The translations under genes and the position numbers were made by a program. From assembly GCA_964016885.1 (NCBI GenBank), contig OZ024751.1, forward strand, positions 53,630,001 to 53,694,000: a stretch of 64,000 nt of DNA, read 5' to 3'. Under the pieces are notes generated by a model that did not search any database, was not told where the DNA came from, and saw nothing but the letters and a program-made list of their open reading frames with translations. Source of the stretch: Eledone cirrhosa. Taxonomy: Eukaryota. Of this stretch, positions 29,352 through 41,726 are shown one piece after another (positions within the stretch are counted from its first letter, which is position 1; the number at the start of each line of letters is the position of its first letter).

Positions 29352-29648
29352 CATGATTCACTCTCTTCTTTTCCTCTGTGTATGATTTAAGGAATATCTG
29401 ACTGTTATTCCTAGCTAGTCAAGTAATCATATAGAGTTGTTTTCTAAGATGGTGCCTGAACATGATTCACTCTCTTCTTTTCCTCTGTGTATGATTTAAG
29501 GAATATCTGACTGTTATTCCTAGCTAGTCAAGTAATCATATAGAGTTGTTTTCTAAGATGGTGCCTGAACATGATTCACTCTCTTCTTTTCCTCTGTGTA
29601 TGATTTAAGGAATATCTGACTGTTATTCCTAGCTAGTCAAGTAATCAC
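29352..29648. repeat. ~109-bp tandem duplication, ~2.7 copies
   Basis: catgattcactctcttc... recurs at 29352, 29461 and 29570. Confidence 0.9.
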
Positions 29649-30616
29649 AGAGGCAAATGCAATGTCACAAATTTAATGAATCCAGTTTAATGTTGATGAT
29701 GATGACAATGATAATGGTAATGATGATGGGGCAACGACGTTGATGGTGATGATGATGACTATGATGATAATCATGATCATCATGGCAGTGATGACAAAGG
29801 TGCCATAAAATTGGTTTGGAAATCAACCCTATTTCAATAGTGGTTGATATCCTTCATCATTATATGCCATTCCTCCTACCATAATCCTGCCACTACTATT
29901 ACTACTAACACTCCACATACACACGTGGCCCCCTACAAACACACCACCACTCCACATGTACTGCACCCTCATACACACAACTCCTCCTTCATTCACTCCC
30001 CACCCCCAACACACACACTACAACAACTACCAGAAGCTATCAGCTATTGTACTGACATTTACAGAGCTGCCTTTTGGATGGTAATACCATGTTACAGACA
30101 CAGTGTGTGTGTGTGTGTGTGTGTGTGTATAGTTTAGTTACTGAGGCTATAGGAAATACATTTTCTATAGTCACAGTTGCTCTCAATTACTCAATAAGAA
30201 ATAGTTTGAACATTTACGCGAGCCAACCATTCTCAGAATGCTAACAAAATGTATATTTAAGCTGCCCTCATGTAGGTTAGCAACTGCATACCTCCAACTC
30301 CTTAGGTCTGTATCTATCACTGCTTCCCAATACTGCAGGACTTTGATCTCCTTGTGCAGATATCTCTTCAATGTAACATGTGCTTGTGCTATACACATGT
30401 TGCTCTCTAAGTAACAAGCAGATGTAAGATGATCAGTAATGGGTTTTTCAGAGGATCCTTCTCATAGAAAGCAAAAATTATTTTGAGCTGTATCAGTCAT
30501 ATGTTTTTCCAGATAGATAAATAAGGTAAATAAATAAATAAGATAAAATGAAATAAAAAAAGGAATTATTTAAAAGTTTTAAAAAATGCATATGCACACA
30601 CAAATGCAAACCCACC

Positions 30617-30663
<47 letters not shown>

Positions 30664-30714
30664 CATGCGTAAGTATATACGTACACATATATGTATATAT
30701 ATATACAAACATAA

Positions 30715-30744
<30 letters not shown>

Positions 30745-30749
<5 letters not shown>

Positions 30750-31252
30750 GTAAGTATGTATGTATACGTACATACATATATGTATACAGACGTACAGTAG
30801 CATGCATATATATATATATACATATATACATACAGGTACACATATATATATGTACGTATCAGTTTAGCGGACGTTTATTATAATGCCCGCTTTGTCCGTT
30901 TGTAAACAAACGGACAGCCTGATTTATGCCATACGGTGTTAAGGCAACCACGTCACCTTTTTGTTCAACACTGACACAGGTGACGTGGTTGCCTTAACAC
31001 CGTACGGCATAAATCAGGCTGTCCGTTTGTTTACAAACGGACAAAGCGGGCGTTATAATAAACGTCCGCTAAACTGATACGTACATATATATATGTGTAC
31101 CCGTATGTATATATGTATGTATATATATATATATATATGCATGCTACTGTACGTCTGTATACATATATGTATGTACGTATACATACATACTTACATTTAA
31201 GTAAGTGCCGTACTAAGAGTGAGAAATGAAATTTTGTTTCATTCTATTACAA

Positions 31253-31256
<4 letters not shown>
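30745..31256. mobile_element. Large palindromic element (arms ~30745-30958 / 30978-31199) plus conserved gtaagtgccgtactaagag... flank
   Basis: Near-perfect inverted repeat. Arm and flank pieces recur at 33870-34006 and 51088-51144. Confidence 0.65.
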
Positions 31257-31294
<38 letters not shown>

Positions 31295-31388
31295 AACATA
31301 CATACATATACATACGTATGTATATACATACATATATATATATATATACAAACATACATACATATATATAAAATATATATGTATACAT

Positions 31389-31427
<39 letters not shown>

Positions 31428-32429
31428 CAAATATATTTAAGTGTGTGTGTGTGTATATGTGTGTGTGTCTAACTAAGGAAATAATTTCAACAACATGGAT
31501 ATTTATTTCCTTTCCCTTACAGGCATATCTACCAAATGGAAGACCACCAAAGTAAAATATTCTTCTCTCTATCCAGTAAATTAAATAAATTCTAATTAAA
31601 TTAAATTAACTCAGCTTAGATCCTCTGAGAACTAAACTATCCCAGCTAAGATCCTTTACATCTCAAAAAATTAGGAAATACAAAGCTAACCTCAGCATGA
31701 CTTGAACTCAGAACGCAAACAGCCATAACTCTATGCTTCAAAGCATGGTGTCTGACACTCTACCAATACTGGCACCATTCAATGATGATGACGATGATGA
31801 TGGTAGTGATATTTTCTGTTAACTGTTTTATCATCATTATAATTCTACAAACCATAAAATCTCTTCCAAAAGGTTTTCAAGATAAATGTATTTTAAAATG
31901 CATGTTTATGATGTTTACTATGTTCAATAGGGAGTGTGCTTATCTGCTCTTTTGGCCTCTTTCTATCTTTGGTGTTCTGTGACATTTTAAAAGTCATCAA
32001 ATCGTACATCACGTATCAATGGGTGTCTTTTGTTGTTCCTGTCAGCGTTAAATATTGATTGCATAGATTAAGCAGAAGGATATATCATTGGTGATGATGA
32101 TGATGTTGATGCTGTTGTTGTTGAGGTGGTGGTGGATGTAGAGAGATACCAATTTTATATATATCATCATCATCATCATCATTTGTTTTACAGTTCTTCC
32201 ATGCTGGTATGGGTTGGATGGGACCTTCTGAGGCAATGCTTTACAGCTAGCTGCTCTTCCTAACATTAAGCCCTACAGTTGCTTCTTGCAACAGGCAGGA
32301 ATATGGTGTACCTATTCTAAACCAGATATACATATACATGCATACATACCTATACATATATCTATATACATACATTCTCTATTTCTTTTCTCTCATTCTC
32401 TCTTCATCTCTCTCTCTCTCTCTTCATTA

Positions 32430-32835
32430 TTGGATTAGGCCGAGTCAGATCAGACTGGATTGGATTGGTCAGATATTAATCTGCCCAATCCAATAGATCT
32501 AACCTGGCCCAATCCATTCTGATCTGATCCAACCCATTTTGAGCCGATCTGGGCCTTTTTAATCTGGTCTGAGCCAATCTAATCTGGCCCAATCTGGTCC
32601 GGAGCAATCTGATCTGGCCTGATCCATTCTGGTCCAGTCTAGTCTGGTCTAAACCGGCTCAGTTTGACCCAGTCTGATCTGATCTGGCCTGATCCAATCT
32701 GATCCGACTCGACCCAGACCAATCTAGGATGAAGTGGTCTGATCTGGTTCGAATTGGTGTGGCCCAATCCGGACTGATCCAAACAGGTCTGAGCAGATTC
32801 GATCTGATTCAGCCAGGTCTGATCTGATCTAGTCT
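32430..32835. repeat. Degenerate 5-bp-period array (ATCTG/ATCCA/GTCTG/GCCCA)
   Basis: Pentamer phasing is visible throughout. Confidence 0.7.
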
Positions 32836-33176
32836 GCAGCCCCTACCCCATTTCCTCAACTGTCCTACCCGTTACTTTTCTCACCCAACCTGCTATATCA
32901 CCAAGGTCGAAAAAAACTGCATGTGACAGATGTGGACTCCACAAGCCATAGTTAAGGCACACATCTAGGAGGGCAATGGCTGATTAAAAATACTTCTTGG
33001 GGCAAATACGGATTCCATAAGCTGTAGTGAAGGCAACCCATCTATGAGAGTAGGCAATCCAAATAAAAAAAAATACTGGTATAAGGTGGAGATGACTCGT
33101 AAGCCCAGCATGACAACCTGGGCTTTTTGTTCACCAGCAAGCCCCGCTTGTGGGAGATATGTATGTATGTATCTAT

Positions 33177-33570
33177 GGCTTTGTGCAGTGCCTTTGCTCA
33201 CTATAAAAGCTTCACGGCACAAGCATTACTTTATATCTGGAGATCTCTCTGCACTTGTCGTCACATGGTACCATGGGCCCAGCACTATGTGTCAATAATT
33301 GTCACAGGTGTAGTGTTTGTACCAGAGTTTTCAAGTCGCTGGCTGGACTAAAAAGTCACACTCGTTCAGTGCATCGGGTTATAGCTACTGTCGCTCAGAG
33401 AGTGAGATTGGCTCAGTGCACAGTCTTTCCTCACTTTAAAAAATATCTTCACGCACAGGCATTGCACGATAGAATTAATTAATAATTATTAATAATGGTA
33501 TATCGTGCAATGACCATACTCGATAACGAGGGGGCAGCCATCATCATGTATGTATGTATGTATGTATGCA
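33177..33570 (+). mobile_element. Partial copy of RTE-derived non-autonomous element with C2H2-like tail and (ATGT)n end
   Basis: CSVCTRVFKSLAGLKSHTRSVH; homologous to 44836-45262 and 58200-58624. Confidence 0.6.
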
Positions 33571-33922
33571 CATACATAAGTATATGAATATATTACATAT
33601 ACTATGCATGTGTAAAGACTATCTCTATATCACTTGTCTTGTCTCTTCCTCTTATGCGTGTCCATTAACAAATGTTACAGCCATGGTTTAATCAGTAATA
33701 AAGTCTTTATCTGTCATCACAGAGAGTGATGGGTAGAGGAGAAACAAGACAGTAGTTGGAGGAGATAGTAATAGGCAGAGGAGGGACATATATATGTATA
33801 TGTATATATATTTTCATATACATATATACATATATACATATATACATATACATATATACATATATATATGTAAGTATGTGTGTATACGTACATACATATA
33901 TGTATACAGACGTACAGTAGCA

Positions 33923-33965
<43 letters not shown>

Positions 33966-34124
33966 TAAGAGTGAGAAATGAAATTTCGTTTTCATTTTAT
34001 TTCAACATATATATATGTATATATACATATATACATATATGTATACATACATATACACATATACATATAAATGTGTATACATACATATACACATATAAAT
34101 ATGTATATATACATATATATTTTC

Positions 34125-34172
<48 letters not shown>

Positions 34173-34357
34173 GGTCTAACTCATAATAGCATGGAGAAAT
34201 GAACGTTAAAAAGTGATGATATAAATATAAATATATATATATATATTTCGTATCTCCAAAGAAATACAGTTTTAGGAAGCCGTAGCTATGCAAACACCGG
34301 GGGGGGGGGGGGGGGGCTAACGCCCTCTGGTGATGTCCACCAGAAGCAAAGGGGACA

Positions 34358-34401
34358 ACCGTCTATGCATTTCAGGCTGAACTGGCCTTCGTCAGGACGG
34401 T
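34358..34401 (-). ncRNA. Minimal type I hammerhead ribozyme with palindromic stem III
   Basis: Reverse complement ACCGTC-CTGACGA-AGGC-CAGTTCA-GCCT-GAA-ATGCAT-A-GACGGT. All core nucleotides are intact and stems I and II are perfect. Confidence 0.8.
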
Positions 34402-34443
34402 CCCTCCCACCGCTGGCGACTGCTGGACTAGAAGACAGCTGAG

Positions 34444-34611
34444 AATATATACTTTTCTCGTCTGTGTAAATGAGGTGATTAATCTCATTTGCATATGAAG
34501 CTGCATAAGTTATGCAACTTCATATGCATAATTTCATATGCATAACTTATGCAGCTTCATATGCAAATGAGATTAATCACCTCATTTACACAGACGAGAA
34601 AAGTATATATT
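34444..34611. repeat. Inverted repeat (fold-back) adjoining the 34358 hammerhead
   Basis: aatatatacttttctcgtctgtgtaaatgagg... mirrors ...cctcatttacacagacgagaaaagtatatatt. Confidence 0.85.
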
Positions 34612-34638
34612 GTGTGTGTGCATATATACATATATATA

Positions 34639-34865
34639 TAGTTATGTAATAAACAACATAAGGCAATTATTCCATTTACCAGTGGTTTCTTAAAAGCAAA
34701 AGATTTTGCTTTCAATCCTCAGAGTGAAAAAATCCTGGTCTGTTTATTGAATTTGGATAAACAGACCAGGATTTTTTCATTATGAGGATTGAAAGCAAAA
34801 TCTTTTGCTTTTAAGAAACCACTGGTAAATGGAATAATTGCCTTATGTTGTTTATTACATAACTA
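34639..34865. repeat. Inverted repeat, ~108-bp arms, between TA tracts
   Basis: Arms 34639-34747 / 34757-34865 are nearly perfect. Confidence 0.85.
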
Positions 34866-34927
34866 TTAAGCTCTGTTACCTACATAGAGCACTCTTTTTT
34901 CCTGGACTTTTCCGACGGAATTACTTC

Positions 34928-34994
<67 letters not shown>

Positions 34995-35210
34995 GTTTAT
35001 CTATATATATACACACACAGGAAAAAAGTCAGGACTATGTTGAGCTCCGGCCGTTTTGACAGCTAGCTTCATCTTCATCATCATTGTTTAATGACCATCT
35101 TCCATGCTAGCATCGGTTGGACGGTTTTGTTCCACTTGAGGCAAAATTAGTCGGGAGACCGTGTTTTGCTCATACAGAACTGTCCTTGGCAGTTGTACAT
35201 AAATGGCTTG

Positions 35211-35246
<36 letters not shown>

Positions 35247-35249
<3 letters not shown>

Positions 35250-36810
35250 ATCAGGCTATATATGGTGGTGTCATACCCAAAGACTGATGCAGCAGTATTC
35301 TCATAAATTGCTACAAAGGTAAAGGGGATGCTCTGGAGAGGAGCAATTATAGGGGTATAAAACTGATAGATCAGGTTATGAAAGTGGCAGAAAGGATATT
35401 AGCACAACTAATTAGAGAAAGGGTCAAACTAGATGAGATGCAGTTTGGTTTTGTGCCTGGGAAGAGTACAACAGATGCCCTCTTCTTGGTGAGACAATTA
35501 CAAGAGAGGTTCTTAGAGAAAAATAAGCCACTATACTTAGCCTTTGTTGACCTAGAGAAGGCCTTTGATAGGGTATCCCCGATCTGTCATCTGGTGGTCC
35601 CTAAGGAAGCTAGGTGTTGAGGAATGGCTTGTGAGGACAGTGCAAACTTTGTACAGAGGTACTCTCAGTAAAGTCAGGGTAGGAATGGAGTTTAGTGAGG
35701 AATTCCAGATACAAGTAGGAGTACATCAAGGTTCGGTCCTCAGCCCGCTCTTGTTCATTATAGTCCTCCAAGCCATAACAGAGGAGTTTAAGACTGGCTG
35801 TCCATGGGAACTTCTCTTTGCTGACGATCTGGTTCTTATAGCAGAATCAGTAGAGGAGCTAGAGAATAAATTCTGGCTATGGAAACAGCAGTTGGAAGCA
35901 AGAGGACTGAGACTGAACCTAGCTAAGACAAAAGTGTTGATGAGTAGAAAAGAGGACAAAACCCTGATTCCGTCAGGGAAATGGCCATGTTCGATATGCA
36001 GAAAATGAACTGGCATAAATTCTATAAAATGCACACAATGCAGATCCTGGGTACACAAGAGATGTAGCGGGATAGCAGGCAAACTAACAGGTAGGGAGAA
36101 ATATGTATGCAGTAGATGTACAGGGAAATTAGACAGTAGAAGTCGCATTGATAGATACATTTTTCAAATGCAGGAGGGCGCTATAGAAGTGGTGGATAGC
36201 TTCCGGTACCTAGGAGATCAGATTAGCATGGGAGGAGGGTGTTCCGAGGCCATAGTATCTAGAATACGGACGGGTTGGAAGAAATTTAGGGAGCTGCTTC
36301 CTCTGTTGATGTAGAAGGGTTTCTCCCTGCGTACGAAAGGCCTGTTTGTATGATGCCTGTGTGAGGAGCCCGATGCTGCATGGTAGTGAGACATGGGCAG
36401 CAACTGCAGAGGATATCCGATGGCTGGAGAGAAATGAGGCAAGCATGCTCCGTTGGATGTGCAGTGTAAATGTGCGTGAATGACCCAGCATAAATGTGTT
36501 GAGAGAGAAACTGTCTGAGAGGGATAGAATGTAGTGTATGGGAGAGGAGACTGAGGTGGTATGGACATGTGATGCGCATGGAGGATGACCGATGAGTGAA
36601 AAAGTGCCAGGAAATGCCAGTTGAAGGAAAACGTGGTAGAGGTAGACCTCGAAAACCATGGGCGGCGGTGGTGAGAACAGACCTCAGATCATTGAAGCTC
36701 ATGGTGGAGATGACGGGAGACCGTGACGAGTGGAGAGATGGTGTGCTGAATAAGACCCGTCCCACCCTTGCAAACAGGGAAAAGCGTACGTAAAATGATG
36801 ATGATGATGA
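35247..36810 (+). mobile_element. RTE-clade LINE, 5'-truncated, decayed RT with Cys-rich (PHD-like) insert, (ATG)n tail
   Basis: YKGKGDALERSNYRGIKL, QFGFVPGKSTTDA, AFVDLEKAFDRV, GVHQGSVLSPLLF, LLFADDLVL, CSIC..CTQC..WVHKRC..CSRC and RGRGRPRK, with several stops and frameshifts. Confidence 0.9.
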
Positions 36811-36901
36811 TATATATATATATTAATTCAAAATATTAATGACTGCCAAGACTGGAATTGAACCATCAGCACAGTTGAGGTATGTCATACATCAATTTAT
36901 G

Positions 36902-36967
36902 TATTTTATCTGATGAGGACGTACTGAAAAAACAGCACAGTACGTCCGAAATATATATAATAAAATA
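36902..36967 (+). ncRNA. Type I hammerhead ribozyme (family A element ~36820-37112)
   Basis: TATTTTAT-CTGATGA-GGACGTACTG-(11 nt loop)-CAGTACGTCC-GAA-ATATATAT-A-ATAAAATA. Perfect 10-bp stem II, palindromic stem III, intact core. Confidence 0.82.
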
Positions 36968-37476
36968 TATTTTGATTACGTGAATGTCTACATTTATTAA
37001 TATTTTGAATTAATATTAATAACTCCAGAAAACTTTATCTTGTTGAGTGCTTCTAATCTATTGTAAAACTATATTCATTGATTAATCAATGAATCTTGTT
37101 TAATTTTTGGTTATATATATATATATATATATATATATACAAATATATATACAAGCCAGCACATTTCGTCAAACTTTTGACAAACAGAAAATAGTCTAAT
37201 TGGAAATATAAGCCTCCTAGAATGTAAAACAATAGGACGTTAAATGATGACGATATATAAACAATAACAATATCAACAATAACATTACATACGAAAACAA
37301 TATCAACAACAGCAATATAAAGAACAATAACATCAACAACAACATTACAACTGAACTTTATGTAAAAGAATTACTTTTAAAAACCTTCCCTAGTAATTTA
37401 CCTTCCTGTATAGATTAATATTTCACTTTACAGTTTTTTAATTACCTAAAAACTATAAATATAACACAGGTGTCAT

Positions 37477-37980
37477 GTGGTGGTGGTGGTGGTGGTGGTG
37501 GTGGTGGTGGTGGGTGGTGGTGGTTGGTGGTGGTGGTGGGTGGTGGTGGTGGGTGGTGATGGTGGTGGTTAGTGGTGGTTGGTGGTGGTTGTGGTGGTGG
37601 TGGTGGTTAGTGGTGGTGGTTGGTGGTGGTTGTGGTGGTGGTGGTGGTTAGTGGTGGTGGTGGTGGTGGTGGTTGGTGGTGGTGGTGGTGGGTGGTGATG
37701 GTGGTGGTGGTTGGTGGTGGTTGGTGGTGGTGGTGGTGGTGGTTGGTGGTGGTGGTGATGGTGGTGGTGGTGGTGGTTGGTGGTGGTGGTGGTGGTTGGT
37801 GGTGGTGATGGTGGTGTTGGTGGTGGTGATTGGTGGTGGTGGTTGGTGGTTGGTGGTGGAGGTTGGTGGTGGTGGTTAGTGGTGGTGGTGGTGGTTGGTG
37901 GTGGTGGTGGTTGGTGGTGGTGGTTGGTGGTGGTTGGTGGTGGTGGTGGTGGTGGTGGTGGTTGGTGGTGGTGGTGGTGT
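37477..37980. repeat. (GGT)n array
   Basis: Directly visible. Confidence 0.95.
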
Positions 37981-38349
37981 GATTTTTGCTGCTGGTGTTG
38001 CTTTTATTGTTGCTGTCACTGGGGTGATTGTTGTTGTTGTTGTTGGTGGTGGTGGTACTGTTGCTATTATTGTTGCTGCAGCTGATGTTGGTGTTGCTTT
38101 CGTTCTTGTTACTGTTAATGTTGTTGCTATTGCTGCTACTGCTGCTGCAGGTAGTGTTGCTAATTGTAGTTGTAGTGGTTGTTGTTTTACCAACAGTGGA
38201 GACAGTAGTGTCGGTGGTAGTAGTAGTAATGGTTGTAGTTTTGGTAGCAATGGAGATAGTAGTGTTGTTGGAAGTAGTAATAATTATTGTGGTTTGGGTA
38301 GCAGGGAAAATAGTAGCGATAATTATGGTGTTATTTAGCTACAAAGAGA

Positions 38350-38794
38350 AGGCGCATGGCCGTGTGGTTAGAGAATTGGATTCGCAATCGTTAGATTGTG
38401 AGTTTGATTCCTGAACCGGGCGATGCAGTGTGTTCTTGGGCAAGACACTTTATTTCACGTTGCTCCTTCTCTCTGGAGTTGCGATCGATAGAGCGTATTA
38501 GCAATTGGAAAGACCAATGGAAACATTGTTTCCTCGGTCCGATTTGACGAAAGTTGATCGACTGTCGATTGATATACATATTAGCTACAAAAGGGCAGTG
38601 GATTGGCAGAATCGGTAAAGCATCATAGAGTTACAGACCTTTATGTTCTGATTTCAACTCACACCATGGTTATCTTTGCCTTTTGTCCTTAAAGGGTCGA
38701 TAAAAAATAAAGTAACAGTAACACTTTGGGGTTGATTTAATCAACTTTCCCCTCCTCAAAAATTGTTGACCTTGTGCCTCAATCAGAAACAATT
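38350..38794 (+). mobile_element. tRNA-SINE head (38350-38475) followed by diverged MetaSINE-like copy (38592-38794)
   Basis: GGCGCATGGCCGTGTGGTTAG...GAGTTTGATTCC and GGGTCGATAAAAAATAAAGTAACAG motifs. Confidence 0.6.
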
Positions 38795-39954
38795 ACTTAG
38801 CTTCAAATCCGTTCAGATTGGCTGCCATATCTCCAAAGGTTTCCAGCCATGACCATCTAGTATGTTTTTTTTTTGTTTTGATTTTCAATGAGTACTTCAC
38901 TTTTAAAATTATTGAGGATGATTTAAGGGATATTTGGTTGTTATTCATAGCAGGTCAAGCAACTATATAAAAGGTACATTATTAGCTTCTGTTTATATAT
39001 TGTAGCAAAACCATTTGTTTTGGCTACAATATCATCTTGATATTTTCAAGATAACTTAATGACATCTTGAAGACAAATATCAATTTACAAGAATGGCACT
39101 TAATTACCTGAAGATTGGCCTCAATGGTGTGCATGTCTGTGTAAGTGGTAAGAATTATATGTATGTATGTTTTAGCTGTGTGTATGTGTGTTCATCTGTG
39201 AGAGAGAGAGAAAGAAAATATATAAGTATCAAGTATATATAAATATCAAATATATATAAGCATATGTGAAATCGTGTGTCTATTTTATAATTATTTGATT
39301 CATGCAGGTGCAAAATAATGGGATTGACCATTGCTGAAATAGCCACTGACCTCTTCCACCAATCACTGGACACTCAACTCATCACACCTGCATAAGTAAT
39401 TGTAGTTAAACCTGGCTCACTTTCAATGATTTCAAATCGCAATTTTCTATTAAGGAACATGGGGAAGGAGTTGACAATTTCCTGCTCTTTAGCCAAAGAC
39501 CTATCTATTCTAAGCCAGCAGATGATCAAACCATAACCATATCTTTCCATTTTTTTTTTTTTTTTCAATTTACTGGTTGAGTAATAATCTGGAGAGTCCC
39601 AGTTTCATGAGAAGGCAGGTTGTGTATGAATGTGAGAATATATATATATATACTGTATATATATATATATATATATATACTGTGTATATATATATATACT
39701 GTGTATATATATATATATACTGTGTATATATATATATATATACTGTGTATATATATATATATATAAGAAGTAACACAACAGTTAGTTCACCATACCGAGA
39801 ACAATTGTTTCACCTTATCGGTACGGTGAACTAACTGTTGTGTTACCAGTTCTACCAAACTCGTCCCATGGACTGATATTACCTTCAGATATTACCTTCC
39901 AGATATTACCTTCCAGTGTTCTACCTCTCTCTATATATATACATATATATACTA

Positions 39955-40373
39955 ATAATAATTATGAAGACTAAAATTATGAAGACTAAATGAGTTCGAT
40001 AAGGATTATATATCTAAAACCTGTAGAGCAAATATTTATTATTTGTACAGATTAAAGTTTAACTCTTTAATGTTCAAACCGGCCAAAATGCTCTACCTTT
40101 TTCTGTTGAAACTGGCTGTAACTGGTCACTCAAACTGATGTTAAAGTATTGTTCTCAAAATAAATACTTTCAAAATCTCATAGATTCGATACTATGTGAG
40201 ATGATTATGCGAGGTAAAGCCATGAAAATATAATAGTATATATAGAGTAATGTCAATGTTAAAGGGTTAAGCAAGGAATCACTGCTTTCACCCTTTTACA
40301 GGATCTTCTAAAACTAGCTTCAGAAGACCCCATAAAAGGGTGAAAGCAACAATTCTTTGCTAAAACTTTAATC
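39955..40373. mobile_element. Family B fold-back element interrupted by a MITE
   Basis: Homologous to 1078-1300. Confidence 0.6.
40063..40266. mobile_element. piggyBac-like MITE, TTAA target-site duplication
   Basis: TTAA(40059-62)-CTCTTTAATGTT...AATGTTAAAGGG-TTAA(40267-70). The empty site attaaagtttaagcaaag is seen at 1181-1198 and 63739-63756. Confidence 0.7.
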
Positions 40374-40826
40374 ATATATATATATATATATATACATATA
40401 TATACATATATATATATTTATATAACGAAGGAAATGTGGTGAGGAACCAGGTGGCCCATAACGCACCAAAGTACTCAATACTTAGGGTAGTAGAGTGGGT
40501 AATAGGAACCAGTAAGACCCCGACGACTGAGCTCAAGCCGTTTCGACGGCTAATTCTGGACTAAAAAAAAAAATATATATATATATATTTATATAAAAAT
40601 ATATTTATATAAAAATATATTTATATAAAAATATATTTATATATATATATTTATATAATCATAGTTATATATATAGGTATACTGTGTCCTTACAAGACAT
40701 ATGAAGCAGCTAAAACGTTTAGTGTCTGGAAGGACATCCAGCTGTAAAACATTGCCTCAGAATATTCCATCAAACCCATGCCAGCATGGAAAAGTCAACA
40801 TAAAAATGATGTGATGATGATGATGA

Positions 40827-40893
<67 letters not shown>

Positions 40894-40895
<2 letters not shown>

Positions 40896-40993
40896 GGGTG
40901 TCCTAAAAAATGTATACACACTTTGATTAACTGTATAGGCAATATTTATTAGGATACTGTTGAAGTGTAGACACATTTCTTGGGGACATCCTG
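40894..40993. mobile_element. Tc1/mariner-type MITE, TA target
   Basis: TIRs TAGGGTGTCCTAAAAAATGTATACACACTT / AAGTGTAGACACATTTCTTGGGGACATCCTG, flanked by TA. Confidence 0.65.
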
Positions 40994-41214
40994 TACATAC
41001 ATCTGGACATGTTAGCAATAGATGATCATCTTCAACATCAAAATATACATACATACATATGCATACATATATACATGCATACATACATATATACATGCAT
41101 ACATATATACATACATACATATATACATGCATACATATATACATACATATATACATGCATACATATATACATACATATATACATGCATACATATATACAT
41201 ACATATATGGGCAT

Positions 41215-41726
41215 GTGGTTATGGTTTATTGAATGTCAGAAGTTTCCTGATTTTGGTGTCCATTGTCATTTTATTAGCGTTTCAATTTATGATATTGAAA
41301 CCATAGGTGAGAACTGGGATTGCAAGTGTATTTATGGCAGATAGTTTATTCTTTGAGTTAAATTCAGTTTTCAAGACAGCACGTACTCTCTGGTAGCATT
41401 CCTTCCTGATTCTCTCTTTCATGCTGGCATGGTGAATACCTTGGCATTCATTGATCTCGAGATATATGTAGACTTGTTCCTGTTCTAGTTCTTCAATTAT
41501 TGTATTCACATCTATTTCCATTGAGTTTGTCATTCTGCTTTTCTTGAATGTTTCTTTGTCATACTTTTCCAATGCAAATTCCATCCCTACATCATTGCTG
41601 AACACCTCAACTGTCTTCTTCAGTTCTCCCAATTCGTTGTCATTTTTGACATATAGTTTCGAGTCTTCCATATAAAACAGATGATTTATGGTTTTGCTGT
41701 CTATTTTGTAGTTATATTTCGTTTGA
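41215..41726 (-). mobile_element. R4/Dong-clade LINE reverse transcriptase fragment
   Basis: [45 protein letters not shown] matches the R4/Dong HLLYMDDLKLY-type RT region. Confidence 0.75.

Noticed and set aside
34486-34568. Octamer motifs ATTTGCAT/ATGCAAAT
   Set aside because: One motif mirrored by the inverted repeat, with no promoter or snRNA context.
34690-34730. CTGAGGA-TT-GAAAGCAAAA motif in the 34639 hairpin
   Set aside because: No stem II, no stem I partner, and the other arm lacks the CTGA.
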